Source: Welwitschia mirabilis (taxonomy: Eukaryota). Taken from it: a stretch of 48,228 nucleotides of DNA. Where the stretch lies: assembly GCA_051453625.1 (NCBI GenBank), contig JBOZIK010000001.1, positions 47,994,801 to 48,043,028 on the forward strand, written 5' to 3'. The position numbers and the translations under genes are program-made. Positions within the stretch are counted from its first letter, which is position 1. Every line of letters begins with the position of its first letter. Positions 24,529 through 37,784 of the stretch are shown piece after piece. The notes below the pieces were generated by a model. The model had not been told where the DNA came from, did not search any database, and saw nothing but the letters and a program-made list of their open reading frames with translations.

Positions 24529-27500
24529 TCCTCTATTTCTTCAAGTTATACATAGTTGTTTTTTAGTATTTTCTAGTCCATTATTAAGTTCAATAGTTAG
24601 TGGTATTTTCACCCCCACTTTTGCTTTATACCCAATAGGTTCTCATGATTTCTGTAGTTTGGTTTTTGCTTTACCAGTCAGGATTTTTATTCCCCTCAAT
24701 ATAAGGAATTTTCTCTCCCCATGTAAATTTTATTTTAATATAATTCTCTTTTTTTTTTAAAAAAAAAGNNNNNNNNNNNNNNNNNNNNNNNNNNNNNNNN
24801 NNNNNNNNNNNNNNNNNNNNNNNNNNNNNNNNNNNNNNNNNNNNNNNNNNNNNNNNNNNNNNNNNNNNNNNNNNNNNNNNNNNNNNNNNNNNNNNNNNNN
24901 NNNNNNNNNNNNNNNNNNNNNNNNNNNNNNNNNNNNNNNNNNNNNNNNNNNNNNNNNNNNNNNNNNNNNNNNNNNNNNNNNNNNNNNNNNNNNNNNNNNN
25001 NNNNNNNNNNNNNNNNNNNNNNNNNNNNNNNNNNNNNNNNNNNNNNNNNNNNNNNNNNNNNNNNNNNNNNNNNNNNNNNNNNNNNNNNNNNNNNNNNNNN
25101 NNNNNNNNNNNNNNNNNNNNNNNNNNNNNNNNNNNNNNNNNNNNNNNNNNNNNNNNNATATATATAGTATTAATAATATTACATAAAAAAATAATATTAA
25201 AGTACACACTTCTTAAGTAAGTGATCAAAAGAATTTCACTTATTATCTAAGAACAAAGGCCTTAATAATAAAAGCATAAATTATACTTTATTAAAGAACA
25301 TTTAAAAAGATAATATAAAATGAAATTATTTTTAATATTATCCTTTTTAAATTATTTAATTGTTACAATAATTTTATTGAATAAATTTTATATGATTAAC
25401 GACATTAATTATAGATTTATTTTACCTTTATAAGAGATGTTATACTAAAAATTAATACTTTATTTTTTTACACTAAAAGATAAATTATGATAAATATTAT
25501 TAAAGTAGACTTATGATATAGTCTCTAGAAATTAACTTTATCAAGTTTAGATTCCTATAGTTATATTTTCTAAGATTATAATATAATTGTAAAGATTATT
25601 TAAATTTTTAGAGTTATTAAATTACCACACCACATTAAAAAGGTTATAACTTTTAAAATACTTCAAATTATTAAGTGATTGAGAACTCCCTAAAAATATT
25701 ATTTAATTATCTATAATGTAGACTAGCCATTTATTACAAACTATAAATTATTAATTTTATAACTAAAATAAATTACTTGTTATTTTCTATTTTATTTTAA
25801 GTTATTTCATAAAATAATTTTTAAAAATGTACTAGATCTTTAAAAAAAATACTATTTTTAAATTTATAATCTTAAAATACTTTTAAAATTACCAAAAAAA
25901 ATCTCATTAAACTTTATTTAATATATAAGAGTTTATAATATTTTTAAGTTATGCCACCTTTTGAGAATTTTGAACTTTAGCTATAATATAAACATAAAAA
26001 TATAGAAATAAATTTAAGAAACTATAGTTGATAAAATTAATATAAATATCTAATATAAATAGTCCATGTAATATAAAAAATAAATTTTAACTACTCCAAA
26101 TCAACATCAGTTAAGGAAAAGTAATGTGTAAGATTAATTTAAAATAAACAAATTCAATGAGCCTTAGGATTAACATAAAGGAGTAGCTAGCGTAAATGAG
26201 ATTAAGGATCAGATAATTAATCCTAAGTAGAGGATTGTGATGCATATTTGATACATAATAAAACTATAAAAATCATTCAATCTTTCATAATGCACAATGA
26301 AAATGATTACCTCAATATTAAATAGAATTCCTTGATCCCTTGGCCAAAATTTTCCATTGGTAATCTTATCAACTAAATATGTAAAGAGATTTCTCAAACC
26401 TCTCCATCTTCTTGATTTGAATCTAATGGAATAAATAATCTTATTAAAATAAATTTTACAATAAGCATATGTAATGACCTAAAGCAATAATATAGCATGC
26501 CACTAACATTCTTAAAAATGAAAAAAAATAAGTAGAGGAAACCTACTTGAAAATGTAATGATTAAAAATTTCTATGAGATAAAGAATGGATTAGGTTAAT
26601 TTATAAGTTCTAATTTTGAAGTTCTANNNNNNNNNNCTAGTATCCGAGCTCTAAGCTCCAAGCTCTATACTTCAAACCAAGAGGATGAAAAAGAAACAAG
26701 ATAAACATGAAAGAATGAGAAGGAAATCTAATAGCATGAACTTTTATAAAAATGAAAAAATTGATTTACAAGAGAGGAAAGGGCTTTATTTATAGTAAAT
26801 AATAAGCTAAATTTCTTTGATTTAATTAGTTAAAAACCCTTAACATAATTGTATTCATAAGGTAATATTATCATATTAAATTAGGTAAGATTACCCATAT
26901 TGAATTAGATAAGATTAATTATTTATTAATTGGACGAGCTTAAGTAATAAGTGACATTGATGTATGAATTATATGAACACATTATCTTTATAACTCATAT
27001 ACCTCCTATCCAAGATGATTAATACTCTTACCTTAATAAACAAGGTCAATTACATACCTCAGTTCCTCATCCTAGTTCCTTTTTAATTCTTCATAGGCTC
27101 ATAACCATATTTAACCAATTCAAAAACATAATTTAAATAATGAGTAATATGCATTAAAGGAACACTGATGCACAAATTTCAAAACTACCATGTGTAATAA
27201 TGAGATAATTTTTTCAACCCCAATAATGAATAAAATAAATATTTTATAAACTAATTAATTTTATAAATATCAAGAATCATAAAAATCATGGGAGAGTAAA
27301 ATATACTCTTTCATTCTTATTAGTTTAGAGATAAGAGTACACATCCTTATTCAAATGATCATTAATTTCAAGATATATCAAATTCATTAACAAAAACATA
27401 AAAAAGAAAGTATCATAATAGAATGGAGTACACTCAATCTTGTTATCTACTTCTTTTATCAACTATATTACTCATTTATTCTTACTAAGTATTTTCATTT

Positions 27501-28101
27501 TTTTCAAAACTTGGATGAGATACATAGATAAATGAGTAATACAAAGACGTCATAAATTATTTATCTAAATATTTTATCCTTATTTTATACCCTTTTTTGG
27601 ATTTAAAATTTAATAATTTTTCCATGTAAATTGAATGTCTCTACATAAGTAGAGCTATTTTAGTATTTTCATAGCTTTTGTTTATTAATTTCTTAGCTCA
27701 TTTAAAAATTCATAAAATAATAATAATTATTCTTATATTTGATCAAAAATATTAAATTTATGAAAAATTACCAAAAACAAATGTTAATATCTATAATTCA
27801 AAATTAAGCATGATTTAGACTATTTATTATAAAACTAAACATTAATTTTTATAAAATATCTAATTAAAAAGGATTTTATGTTAAAAATTACATATCAAAA
27901 AGTATCATCTAATTTAAGAATAAACAGTTCTAGTATTTAAGTAATTAAAAGTTTAGAAAATAGGGGATATAATAAGGTAGTTTATACAATTAGGAGGCAA
28001 AGGAAATTACTTTCATAATAGCATTCTTACTTAAATTTATCAAAAAACGAAAAACAAAAGTAAAGGGGTTTGATGTTCAAATTGCAACAAGAGAGGTCAC
28101 A

Positions 28102-31078
28102 TGGAAGATCATCTTAGAATTAGCTTTCCTAAAGGGGAGGGATGAATAGGAAGGCTATAGATAATTATAACTTATTTTAACTATTGCATGTGAACAATAA
28201 CAAAATCATGAAACTCAATTCTCATAGTCAATAATCAAACAATACTAACTAAAGAAATAAAAAACACAAGATATATGAAAACAAGCCTATTTTCTTTTAT
28301 TATAAGTGATTTAAAGCTCTATATGCCAAATAGGACTTTGCATTAGTCCTCCACCAATGCAATGAGATATTATAGCTTCCCCGGACCTAAGCTTATTATA
28401 ATGAAATGCTCCAATATTCAATGATTTAATATAATTATGATTAAAAGATAAAAGATAATAGAAAAATAAAGAATTATAACAGAGTAATTAGAATTGATAC
28501 TTTTTTCTTTTTTTTTTTGCTTTTATAAGTTAAACAATCCAATGTCAAAATATTTGAAAGAGATTCAAGAGAGATATTTACAAGTGTTAAAATGAATACG
28601 ATATAGATAACTTATTCTTAGTTTTTGTTGGAGTGTTTTTTTATTGTTATAATTATTGAGATTAATCATAATAGCTAAGAATGCTTCCAATAGTTATTTC
28701 AATAGTCAAGTCAATTGTTCAATGTCTATAACTATTAAAAACTAAGAGTCTAGCGGTTGACCTTCTTTTGGTTGCGAGTTAACCTAATAGTTAATATGTT
28801 ATTATCTCCTTAGCTCTATAAATCATTCACATGTACTCTTCCAACTGACTTGTTAATGCTTTACTATAGTGTATGATTGACCTTTTGGTCTTCACTAATT
28901 GATTGCCTCCTGCTTATTTAAACTCTTGTTAATCTTTAACCATTTTATTTCATCCTCTTGCATTTAGCTTTTATCTCCTTGAATTTCATGATTTCCTACA
29001 CAGCTAGACACAGTAGCAATTCTAGTTTGTGATGAATTTGATTTATCATTCATTCACAACTAGGAACTGCAACAATCATATCCTTTATCATTAATGATAA
29101 TCAACTTAAAATGAGATGTCCTTTATGGTTGTGATTTCCCTTATACTATGCTTCCCCCAAATTGATCATTTACAATTTAAGAATATAACTATTTTGATGT
29201 AATAAGAATGAATGTTATGATCATAAGCTTTAAGCCTAATAATTGAAATATAAAGATATCAATAAATGGGAAGGGCACATATATTAAAGGTAAAATCACT
29301 TGAGAAAAGTTAATGATATGCAAGTGCTAATTTTAATCAACTATTCATATTACATAGAAAATGATGATAATCATTTAACTATACTACTTATATAAAACAA
29401 ATGTAGATAATCATAATCCATAAACTCTTTTACTTTACCATTAATAACAAGAAGAAAGATGTACATAATACTAGTACATAAGTTGCATAAAGCATAACAA
29501 TGGAGTAAATAAGGTATGAATAAGATATCCAATTACAACATCCATGATGAAGAGATGATAACACATAAAAATGTAATAAACATTAATAAAACTCCATGTC
29601 TAATTAGGTCATAAGAAGAGTATCACCAGAATCATACAAAGAGCAAGATGAAGATGTTTGGAATGGTTTAGAAACTAAACGAGAGCTTAGTTAAGAAGAA
29701 AGTGCGATCCATTAAAAGCATCTATGGAGATACTGGAAAGGTACACAAAGACCTCTAGAATTCTTCTTACTCAGTGAAGAAAAAATGGGTGGAGATGTAT
29801 CCTCATAAAGTAACTAAATTTATTTAGAACTCTCCTTCTTATCATGAACTAATTAGATCTATGTAGAGCTCTTCTTAGCCTCATTAATCTCCTCCTCTAC
29901 CTCTATTTCCTCCTCTTCTTCTTCTTATTCTTTGTCTTTTGACTTCTTCTCTTCTTTTTTCAACTTCTTAATATCATAAGAAAAGTCTGATGGTGATGTA
30001 GGCTTTAGAATCTTAATGAAGGATATCTCTATGAAGGATGTAACATCAATGCATTGAAAAAGCATGTTCTCTCCCATGACCTCTAAGATATAGGCAATAT
30101 GCTCATGAGTTTTATGTTACGCATATAGTTGAGTATAGGTCATCTAAATCATACCAATGTGAGGATCAGTAGCAACTCTAGAGTGAGTAGCATAGGCATG
30201 AGAAGAAGTAGGTGGAGTTGTAGGCTCATAATAAATCGAATGACAACAAGTCCTCCCTAAAAAATATGCATGTAGATGAGGGTGAAATAGTTTAATGACT
30301 AAGAAGAATAGAGGATTTTAATATTTTTATTAGAAGAGGTACATTGTATTAGTGACACAACTCCATAATTAATCCTTCATATTGAAGTATTCTCATCTAA
30401 AATTAGAGTTTATAAATCATATATCTAAAGATGATCTTTAGTGCATGAATGTAAATGTAAGAGTATAACCAATGTAGAAATTTCAAAAGATATAATCTTA
30501 CCTCATCACAATGTTTCCCGTGAGATAAAAGTAGGGAAACATTAGGTGTAGAACTCTATAAGTGATGTGAGAAGGTAGGCTTTGAAGAAGATAGCTAAGA
30601 CTCACTCAAAATATATCATAATCATGCTTAGTTCTATCTCTAAATTTAAAATATTCAAAATCCAAGTTAGATACAACATTTCCTATAATCCTTAAAGTCT
30701 CTAAAATGATGTATAGTATGACCTTAATCTTAACTCTTGCAACTTTTACTATAAAGCTATATCTCTATGAGAAAATATTCTTAGCATTAACATAGAAAAG
30801 GACAATTACCTCTATAATGACATAAAGGTAAGAAAAATGAAGAGGTTCCCATTGCTAATAGTTAAAGATGATTTTAATTAGATTGATAAAAGCTTAAAAG
30901 GTGTTAACCTCTATTTCTCTCTCTTATAACTATTTTAATCTTAAAATTTATCTCAAATTTGAAAATTTCTTCCTCTAACATTCTAGGATAGAGTCTTATT
31001 TGTTAAGAGGTAGAAGCATTAGGTTCCTTTCTCTTTTTATAAGAGGCCATATCTACACTTAGATCCTTTTCATTATCA
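28102..31078 (-). mobile_element. 3' part of a Sirevirus-like copia element (env-like ORF, multiple PPTs, 3' LTR 29074-28102)
   Basis: Minus strand: degenerate PPT followed by TGTTG at 29074; LTR 3' motif CCTATTCATCCCTCCCCTTTAGG (28128-28150) matches 39142-39162; extra PPT-like TTGGGGGAAG at ~29152-29161. Confidence 0.7.
29610..31050 (-). pseudogene. env-like/putative plant transposon protein ORF remnant
   Basis: MASYKKRKEP..RLYPRMLEEEIFKFEINFK aligns by eye with IFYQGMSEEDIEKFLEKFK at 42102+; later QWEPL..IVLFYVNA; acidic EEEEEEIEVEEE tract at ~29890-29925. The end is approximate. Confidence 0.65.
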
Positions 31079-31549
31079 NNNNNNNNNNAAACTGAAATAG
31101 AACTAGTCCATCTAGAAAAGTAATAACTTGTACTTTAGAGACCCCTATTTACTTAGTGGCCTCTAAGTCCTTAATCATGTATAACCACGGCCCCAAACCA
31201 GAAGAAACGATTTTTCCTAGAAGTCTAAACTAAAACCTATTTTGCATTTTTACACATGCAACATCATCTATATCCAAGACTAGAGTTCTCTCATCTCTAG
31301 AGAACTTAGCTTTCTCCATTGCAGGGTGAAGTCCTAAGATAAGAATACCATAAAAATAACACAACGTAATAACTTAATAAAAACAACCCTTACCTGGATA
31401 GTCTCTTGTCAGAACTAGAACTACTTACATCCCCCTGTACCTTACAGTTCCTCTATGCTGCCATCATTATTGTCCCTTCTCTAGGCCACTTTTGCTCTTT
31501 GCAATTTCACCTAGTGCTCTCCTAGGTTAGGATTATTTTGAAGACGCAC

Positions 31550-33895
31550 CTTTTATAGTGAAGGTTACTTAGCCTATCATAATGTATACTATTTTTTATA
31601 CATTGGATTATTTAAACCCTTACATATAATTGAACTACTAGAGTGAGCTATAATTTTATGCTAACCTTGTGGATCCACATTTTCTTTTACTACATTTCTA
31701 TTCCCTATAATCTCTTCAATTGGTATCAAAGCTAGTGAGATCCATTACTTCATCATAACTCCTCATGATCCTTGAAAGTTGATTAACAATCACATATCTT
31801 GAGTGCCATTAGTTACCACCTCTCTTATTTACATAAATTTCCATAATTACTTTGTTTATGGCTATGATGAATTAATGATACTTTACTCCACATTGGCAAC
31901 TAAGAGGGCAGAGAAGGATGTACCACCTAATCAAACATTGAGATCTTCACATTGTCAATGCTATGAAAGTAGCCTTTGAGAAAATCTGCTCATGCATCAT
32001 CTCTATGTTCATCATCAAAGATGTCATAGCAGATTTCTTTCTTTTGTAAAGAAGGCATTCCATTAACATTCATGGTAAGATTAAAAAAAAGATACAGTAG
32101 TGTAATAAGAAAAGATTAGTAAAGTCCATAGATATTTTAATACTTTTTAACTCTAGTCAATAGTTTTACTATTGTGCATCTTATAAAATCTTTAAAAGTG
32201 CTTGGATCTAAAAAATTACTTTAACATATGGTTCTGATTATGAGAAGCTATCAGTTAAAATGTAAGCACTATGTACTAATGTTTTGTTAGTGAAAATTTA
32301 AGTTCATTTTATACTGCTCCTCATTTAATCCTTTTATTACCCAATCTTTTATAGGTGCCTCTATTAATGCTTTACTATTAATTTGTTATCTTAGATTAAG
32401 CTAACGTTTTTTCACCCTTTCTTTTTCATTTATTACTTTTATTTTCCCTTCTTTTTGTAAAAAAACAAAACATTTCCTTTATGTTTTTGTAAAAAACAAG
32501 CAAATAATAAATCACTTTTAAGGGGTAAGAGGAGAGTTAAGCAAGAAAAAGGGCTTATAAGTAGTATGCTTTTTAACAGATTAAACTCTCAAAGCTTAAA
32601 TTCTAAGGTCTATAAAAAGGCAGAAAATAATGAATGCAATTGAAAAGAAAATTTAAAAATATAATTGAAAAAATTTACATCCATAGAAGATCAAAATGCA
32701 ACTGACTTTAATTTAGAAAGGTATATAAAATATTATAAATAGTATAATATGTAAACCAATAGATGCATCCAAAGTTACAGCATGAAAAATCTTAAATGAA
32801 AAGGCACTTTCACTAATTGACATTGCACCTAAAGATAATTGTTTGCACTATCTCAATTTGATCAAATTCTCAAAATAAAACTAGGATGAGTTAAATAATT
32901 TATTTGGTGCAAGTGGTCAAGAGGCTAAGCAAATGTTGAAAAATCATCTTTGTGATTTAAAAATGAATGAAGGTAAAGGTATGGATATACACGTCAAATA
33001 CTTCTAATCAATTTTAACTTAACCTGCCTCAATAATTGCTAAAGTAAGTGACAATGATGCGAAATCCATTTAACTTAATAGTTTTCCATCCAACTTGATC
33101 ACATCATCTTCACTCTAAATAAGGTTTTAATTTCACTTAAAGCCACCATCTTCACACTTATTAATAAATACTAAAGAAATAAAACACATGAAGAGAATTA
33201 TGATGCACTAATTATAGATCAATGAAAATTTAAAAAGCTCTAGATCAAAGAAAGAACTTATTGGTATTATAAGAAAAGAGGACAAATAACAGTAAATTGC
33301 TTTGATTATGCATAAGATATTCTTGAGGGTAGATTAAAATTAGTTGCAATGATTATTGATAATACTGAACTAAAGATAAAGAAAAATCTCTCTTACTCAA
33401 AAGGAATATGAATGTGATGGTTTCTAAACGTTAGTTCCTTGTTCTTTCTTTGCATCTATTGGTTTTTATACTTTTTTGTCAGTTTTGTGTTTCACTGGTT
33501 TCATTATCAATTTTTTGTTTCATCAGTTCTATTAATTTTGATGCTCTTATCTTTAACTTTAGTGGTTATGTATTTTTGTCATTAGTTTATGATTAATATC
33601 AATCCTTTACCTTATTACAGAATTGATATTAAGAAGGGTTTTATTAAATATATCACTCTATTTAATCTCTAATTTCTTCTGTTTTTATTTTAAATAACTT
33701 AATTTTTTCTTGATTAAATAAAAATAGCATAATGTGTATGCCCACATGCCTTATACATTTTTTTAATTATCTATTTTCCTTTTTTCATGTATTTCATCCA
33801 CTCCTTATTTTTATAAGATTGTTATATCACTTTTATATTCTCCTCTCCAAATCCCTATAGTAAAGGCCACTTAGCCTATTATGATGTATACTATC
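31550..33895 (+). mobile_element. Gag-only (non-autonomous) Ty1/copia element; 3' LTR interrupted at 33896
   Basis: LTR end TTCA at 31718, PBS TGGTATCAAAGC 31721-31732, gag remnant, PPT-like 'gatattaagaagggt' at ~33625; LTR block 'acttagcctat..atgtatactat' at both ~31567 and ~33869; no pol motifs seen. Confidence 0.7.
32570..33340 (+). pseudogene. Copia gag remnant (Retrotran_gag_2/UBN2-like + zinc knuckle)
   Basis: ALSLIDIAPKDNCLHYL..DELNNLFG..LCDLKMNEGKGMDIHV..LNSFPS; decayed knuckle YWYYKKRGQITVNC (~33259-33300). Confidence 0.75.
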
Positions 33896-34816
33896 TAATG
33901 AGAATACATTTTAATGTAAATTGTGCTTATTAATGAAGTGTTTTCATTATCTTAATTATGCATTTTAAATAATAAGAAATGTTTTTTTAATAGGTTAGTA
34001 TGTATATTTTATTATTATGTTTCAGGTACAAGATGTCATGTGGCATAAATATGTGATAAAAGGTTAAGGTAACGAAGAAGCAATAACAAACCCTAATCAT
34101 ATAATTATTTTTAAGGAGCAAGGAATGAATATAGAAAAACAAACAAGGGTATAAGAATAGGGTCATCACCAAAGATAGGAATCTTTTTGGCAAAATGTTC
34201 TAGAAATAGACTAAGCAAGAGGGTCAAGAAAGGGAGCTTTAGATATCCTGCAAAGGGCACAATAGCATTTTCCATACTCCATAGTGTTACCTGCAACAAA
34301 GAACACAAGCCTTAGTGCATCTTTATGTAACAATTATTATTTTAATATAAAGCTGAAAAGCACATTTGAGTATCATTATGTGCATATTTTATTAGTTAAA
34401 AAAGTAATATTATCTCTATTTGCTCCTATTTATGCAACTAAACATAAATCAAGATAATTAACAGTACTTAGAAATAAGTATTATTCAGTATCTCATTTAA
34501 ATTCTATAATGCTTTATTACTTTTACCATTTCCCCTTGATGTAATACATATACATAGTAATTTAGTAGTAATAAACCAACCTAACTAGTTCAAGTAACTT
34601 CATCATGAAACTATGGTGATGATGCATTTTAAACTAAATGGTTAAATCTCAACTAGTTCTTTAGTAAACCTTTGGTTATTTTTATTAAATGATGTGAGCT
34701 TATTTTTAGGTTAAAAATAGCATAGTTTTTACGTTTTTTTAATATTATTTTATATTGTTTAATATTATTTAGTAATATTTTCTGTACTTATTTTACTATA
34801 TAAGCATCCATCATTT

Positions 34817-34836
34817 TGTCACTAGAAGAAGGGTCG
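34817..34836 (+). promoter_or_regulatory. Primer-binding site complementary to tRNA-Asn
   Basis: TGTCACTAGAAGAAGGGTCG versus the expected TGGCGCTAGAAGGAGGGGTCG (complement of the plant tRNA-Asn 3' end, from memory), 3 nt after the LTR CA end. Confidence 0.7.
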
Positions 34837-34857
34837 CTCTGAATTTAATTAGTGGAA

Positions 34858-37780
34858 ATGATAAAAACTATAATCCAATAAGATAGCCAAGGAAAAGGAC
34901 AAGATGAAAGAGGCAAGTATGTTAGAGACTTGCATAAATATGGTCTAAATAAGTGAACTAGAAAAAATGTTAAAATAGAGGTGGAAAAAGAAAATTTTAT
35001 AGAGGATGACGTCATCCTTAGAAAGATGGTAAAGGAACGAATCTTTCCTAAATTGATGATTAAATTTAAGCAATGATTATGTAACATTCTTACATCATCT
35101 CATTCACAAGAAGAATCTTATTAAATGGTTTAAGTAAAAGAACCTTAAAAAAAAGTTGTAACATGATGCCATTAAGAAGATGATGCAGACTCAAAATCAT
35201 TAAATCATGATACCCACTGGTTAGAAGATTTAATTCCTATTAACCCTATAGCCTTATAATAACTACTCATTTTTTAAGGTAAAAAGTTAGAAGAACCCCT
35301 ATTACATCTAATCTTATTTAATACCTTTTCTAAACCCAATTATCTAAACTCAGAATTATACTTTTAGAGATATTTTCTTGTTTTCTTGAAATGAGATGCT
35401 CAAGTACAGTATTACAGGAATCTTAATCATGCTTTTAGTTTTTAGGGATCTCTTAAAAATGCTTTACTATCCAAATTTCAACCCATAAGGATGGTTGAAT
35501 ATCTAAGGGAATAAATATTAAAGATTAAATAAAAAGATAATGAAAGATTTGACGACTTCATGGANNNNNNNNNNNNNNNNNNNNNNNNNNNNNNNNNNNN
35601 NNNNNNNNNNNNNNNNNNNNNNNNNNNNNNNNNNNNNNNNNNNNNNNNNNNNNNNNNNNNNNNNNNNNNNNNNNNNNNNNNNNNNNNNNNNNNNNNNNNN
35701 NNNNNNNNNNNNNNNNNNNNNNNNNNNNNNNNNNNNNNNNNNNNNNNNNNNNNNNNNNNNNNNNNNNNNNNNNNNNNNNNNNNNNNNNNNNNNNNNNNNN
35801 NNNNNNNNNNNNNNNNNNNNNNNNNNNNNNNNNNNNNNNNNNNNNNNNNNNNNNNNNNNNNNNNNNNNNNNNNNNNNNNNNNNNNNNNNNNNNNNNNNNN
35901 NNNNNNNNNNNNNNNNNNNNNNNNNNNNNNNNNNNNNNNNNNNNNNNNNNNNNNNNNNNNNNNNNNNNNNNNNNNNNNNNNNNNNNNNNNNNNNNNNNNN
36001 NNNNNNNNNNNNNNNNNNNNNNNNNNNNNNNNNNNNNNNNNNNNNNNNNNNNNNNNNNNNNNNNNNNNNNNNNNNNNNNNNNNNNNNNNNNNNNNNNNNN
36101 NNNNNNNNNNNNNNNNNNNNNNNNNNNNNNNNNNNNNNNNNNNNNNNNNNNNNNNNNNNNNNNNNNNNNNNNNNNNNNNNNNNNNNNNNNNNNNNNNNNN
36201 NNNNNNNNNNNNNNNNNNNNNNNNNNNNNNNNNNNNNNNNNNNNNNNNNNNNNNNNNNNNNNNNNNNNNNNNNNNNNNNNNNNNNNNNNNNNNNNNNNNN
36301 NNNNNNNNNNNNNNNNNNNNNNNNNNNNNNNNNNNNNNNNNNNNNNNNNNNNNNNNNNNNNNNNNNNNNNNNNNNNNNNNNNNNNNNNNNNNNNNNNNNN
36401 NNNNNNNNNNNNNNNNNNNNNNNNNNNNNNNNNNAAGAAGTGGGAGAAGTCATTACTCAATTCTATAACATAAGTTAAGGATGGAGATAAGAAAATGAAA
36501 AGAAGAAAAAAGTAAGCGAAGTATGTACCTTATAAGTAGATGATAGTATGTACAGTTCAAAACATATCAATCTTATAGAAGAGGTAACTAGAAAAGTGAC
36601 TGATAGTATGGTAGAAAAGTTTAATTGGTTTGTTATATAACACTTTAAGGAGGAAGAAGGACCTACATGTGAACACTGTGGGGAAGATAATCATCATGAA
36701 ATAGAATTTCCTTGGATGTAAAAATTTGTTCAATGGCTAGATACAAATAGATTAGATTTAAATTCTTAAAATCAACTATAAACTACAAAGAAAACATATC
36801 CTTATCAAAGTAGAAAATGAGCAGGTAAAATTAAAAACCCTTTACAAAGGTATGTAAATTCAAAAAGGCAATAATTAAATAACTACTATAGAAATTGAAA
36901 AAACAAAGATCCAAAAGATTAGAGACAAAATCAGAAATGGAAAAAAAAGAATGAAAAATAACTACTCAACCTTAACCAAATTTAAAAAAAGCTAGAAGTA
37001 AGGCAATAACTACTAGATCTAAAAGCAGAAAGTGACATATGAATCACAGAGAAAGAATACAAATTCAAGTAGCTCCCTTGATAAAGAAGTAAAAGAGACT
37101 AAAATAAAACTAATGGATGATGCCTCGGCAGATTCTTTACCTTTTCCAATGAGAAGTAAACAAATAAAACATCTAAAAGTTGAGAAGGAGAAAGAATATT
37201 TAATAAGAAAAAGAACCTCTTTTAAAGCTATTGAGAGATGTTCCTATGTATTGAAAACAAATGAAGAGCAAGAAAGAAAAACAAATTAAAATACTAAGTA
37301 AGGATTAAATTTCTTAGGCTGCCATGCAAGTTCTTCAAAATAAACAACATGAAAAGTATAGTAATCCTAGAACACCTATGATAGATATAAAAATTGATAG
37401 AAAACTCAAAGTAGAAGTACTTATGGATCTTGAAGTAAGTATTAATGTTATGGCCTATAAAACTTATAAAGAATTAGAAAAACCAAAACTAATACCTTAC
37501 CAAGAAAAGGTGTACTTAGTAGATGCTCAGCAGTGATACCTGAAGGAGTTCTAAAGGATGTACCATTTAACTCCAAGGTTTCATCTACTTGATATATTCA
37601 TTAGTGATGAAGAATCAAAGAGATACCCACACAGTGATTCTAGGAAGACCTTGGATGAATATTGCAAATGCTACTATTTATTTTAGAAGAGAAGTAATGG
37701 AAATTAGTCTATGAGATCTTAAAAAAGAGATTAAATTTTATAATGTAGTGGTTGTTAAAAAATGATACAGAATATAGAAG
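34858..37780 (+). pseudogene. Gypsy gag + aspartic protease remnant (N-gap inside)
   Basis: Knuckle-like CEHCGEDNHHEIEFP (~36668); protease NPRTPMIDIKI..VLMDLEVSINVMAYKTYKEL..VILGRPWMNIANA (~37360-37675), Athila-type. Confidence 0.8.
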
Positions 37781-37784
37781 TAAG

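Larger units (their letters stand above)
18940..24768 (+). mobile_element. L1-clade LINE copy B, near full-length: ORF1, ORF2, extra ORF, 3'UTR, poly-A
   Basis: ORF1, ORF2 and extra-ORF motifs occur in order; T-tract plus A-tail at ~24749-24767 before an N-gap; colinear with copy A. The 5' boundary is approximate. Confidence 0.92.

Noticed and set aside
25160-28080. Extremely AT-rich region with LTR-like features
   Set aside because: Probably decayed gypsy LTR sequence, but no PBS, PPT, partner LTR or reliable termini could be fixed.
35518-36478. Long ORFs in the ORF track (also 24671-25228, 40084-40628, 146-397)
   Set aside because: They consist mostly of X from N-runs.
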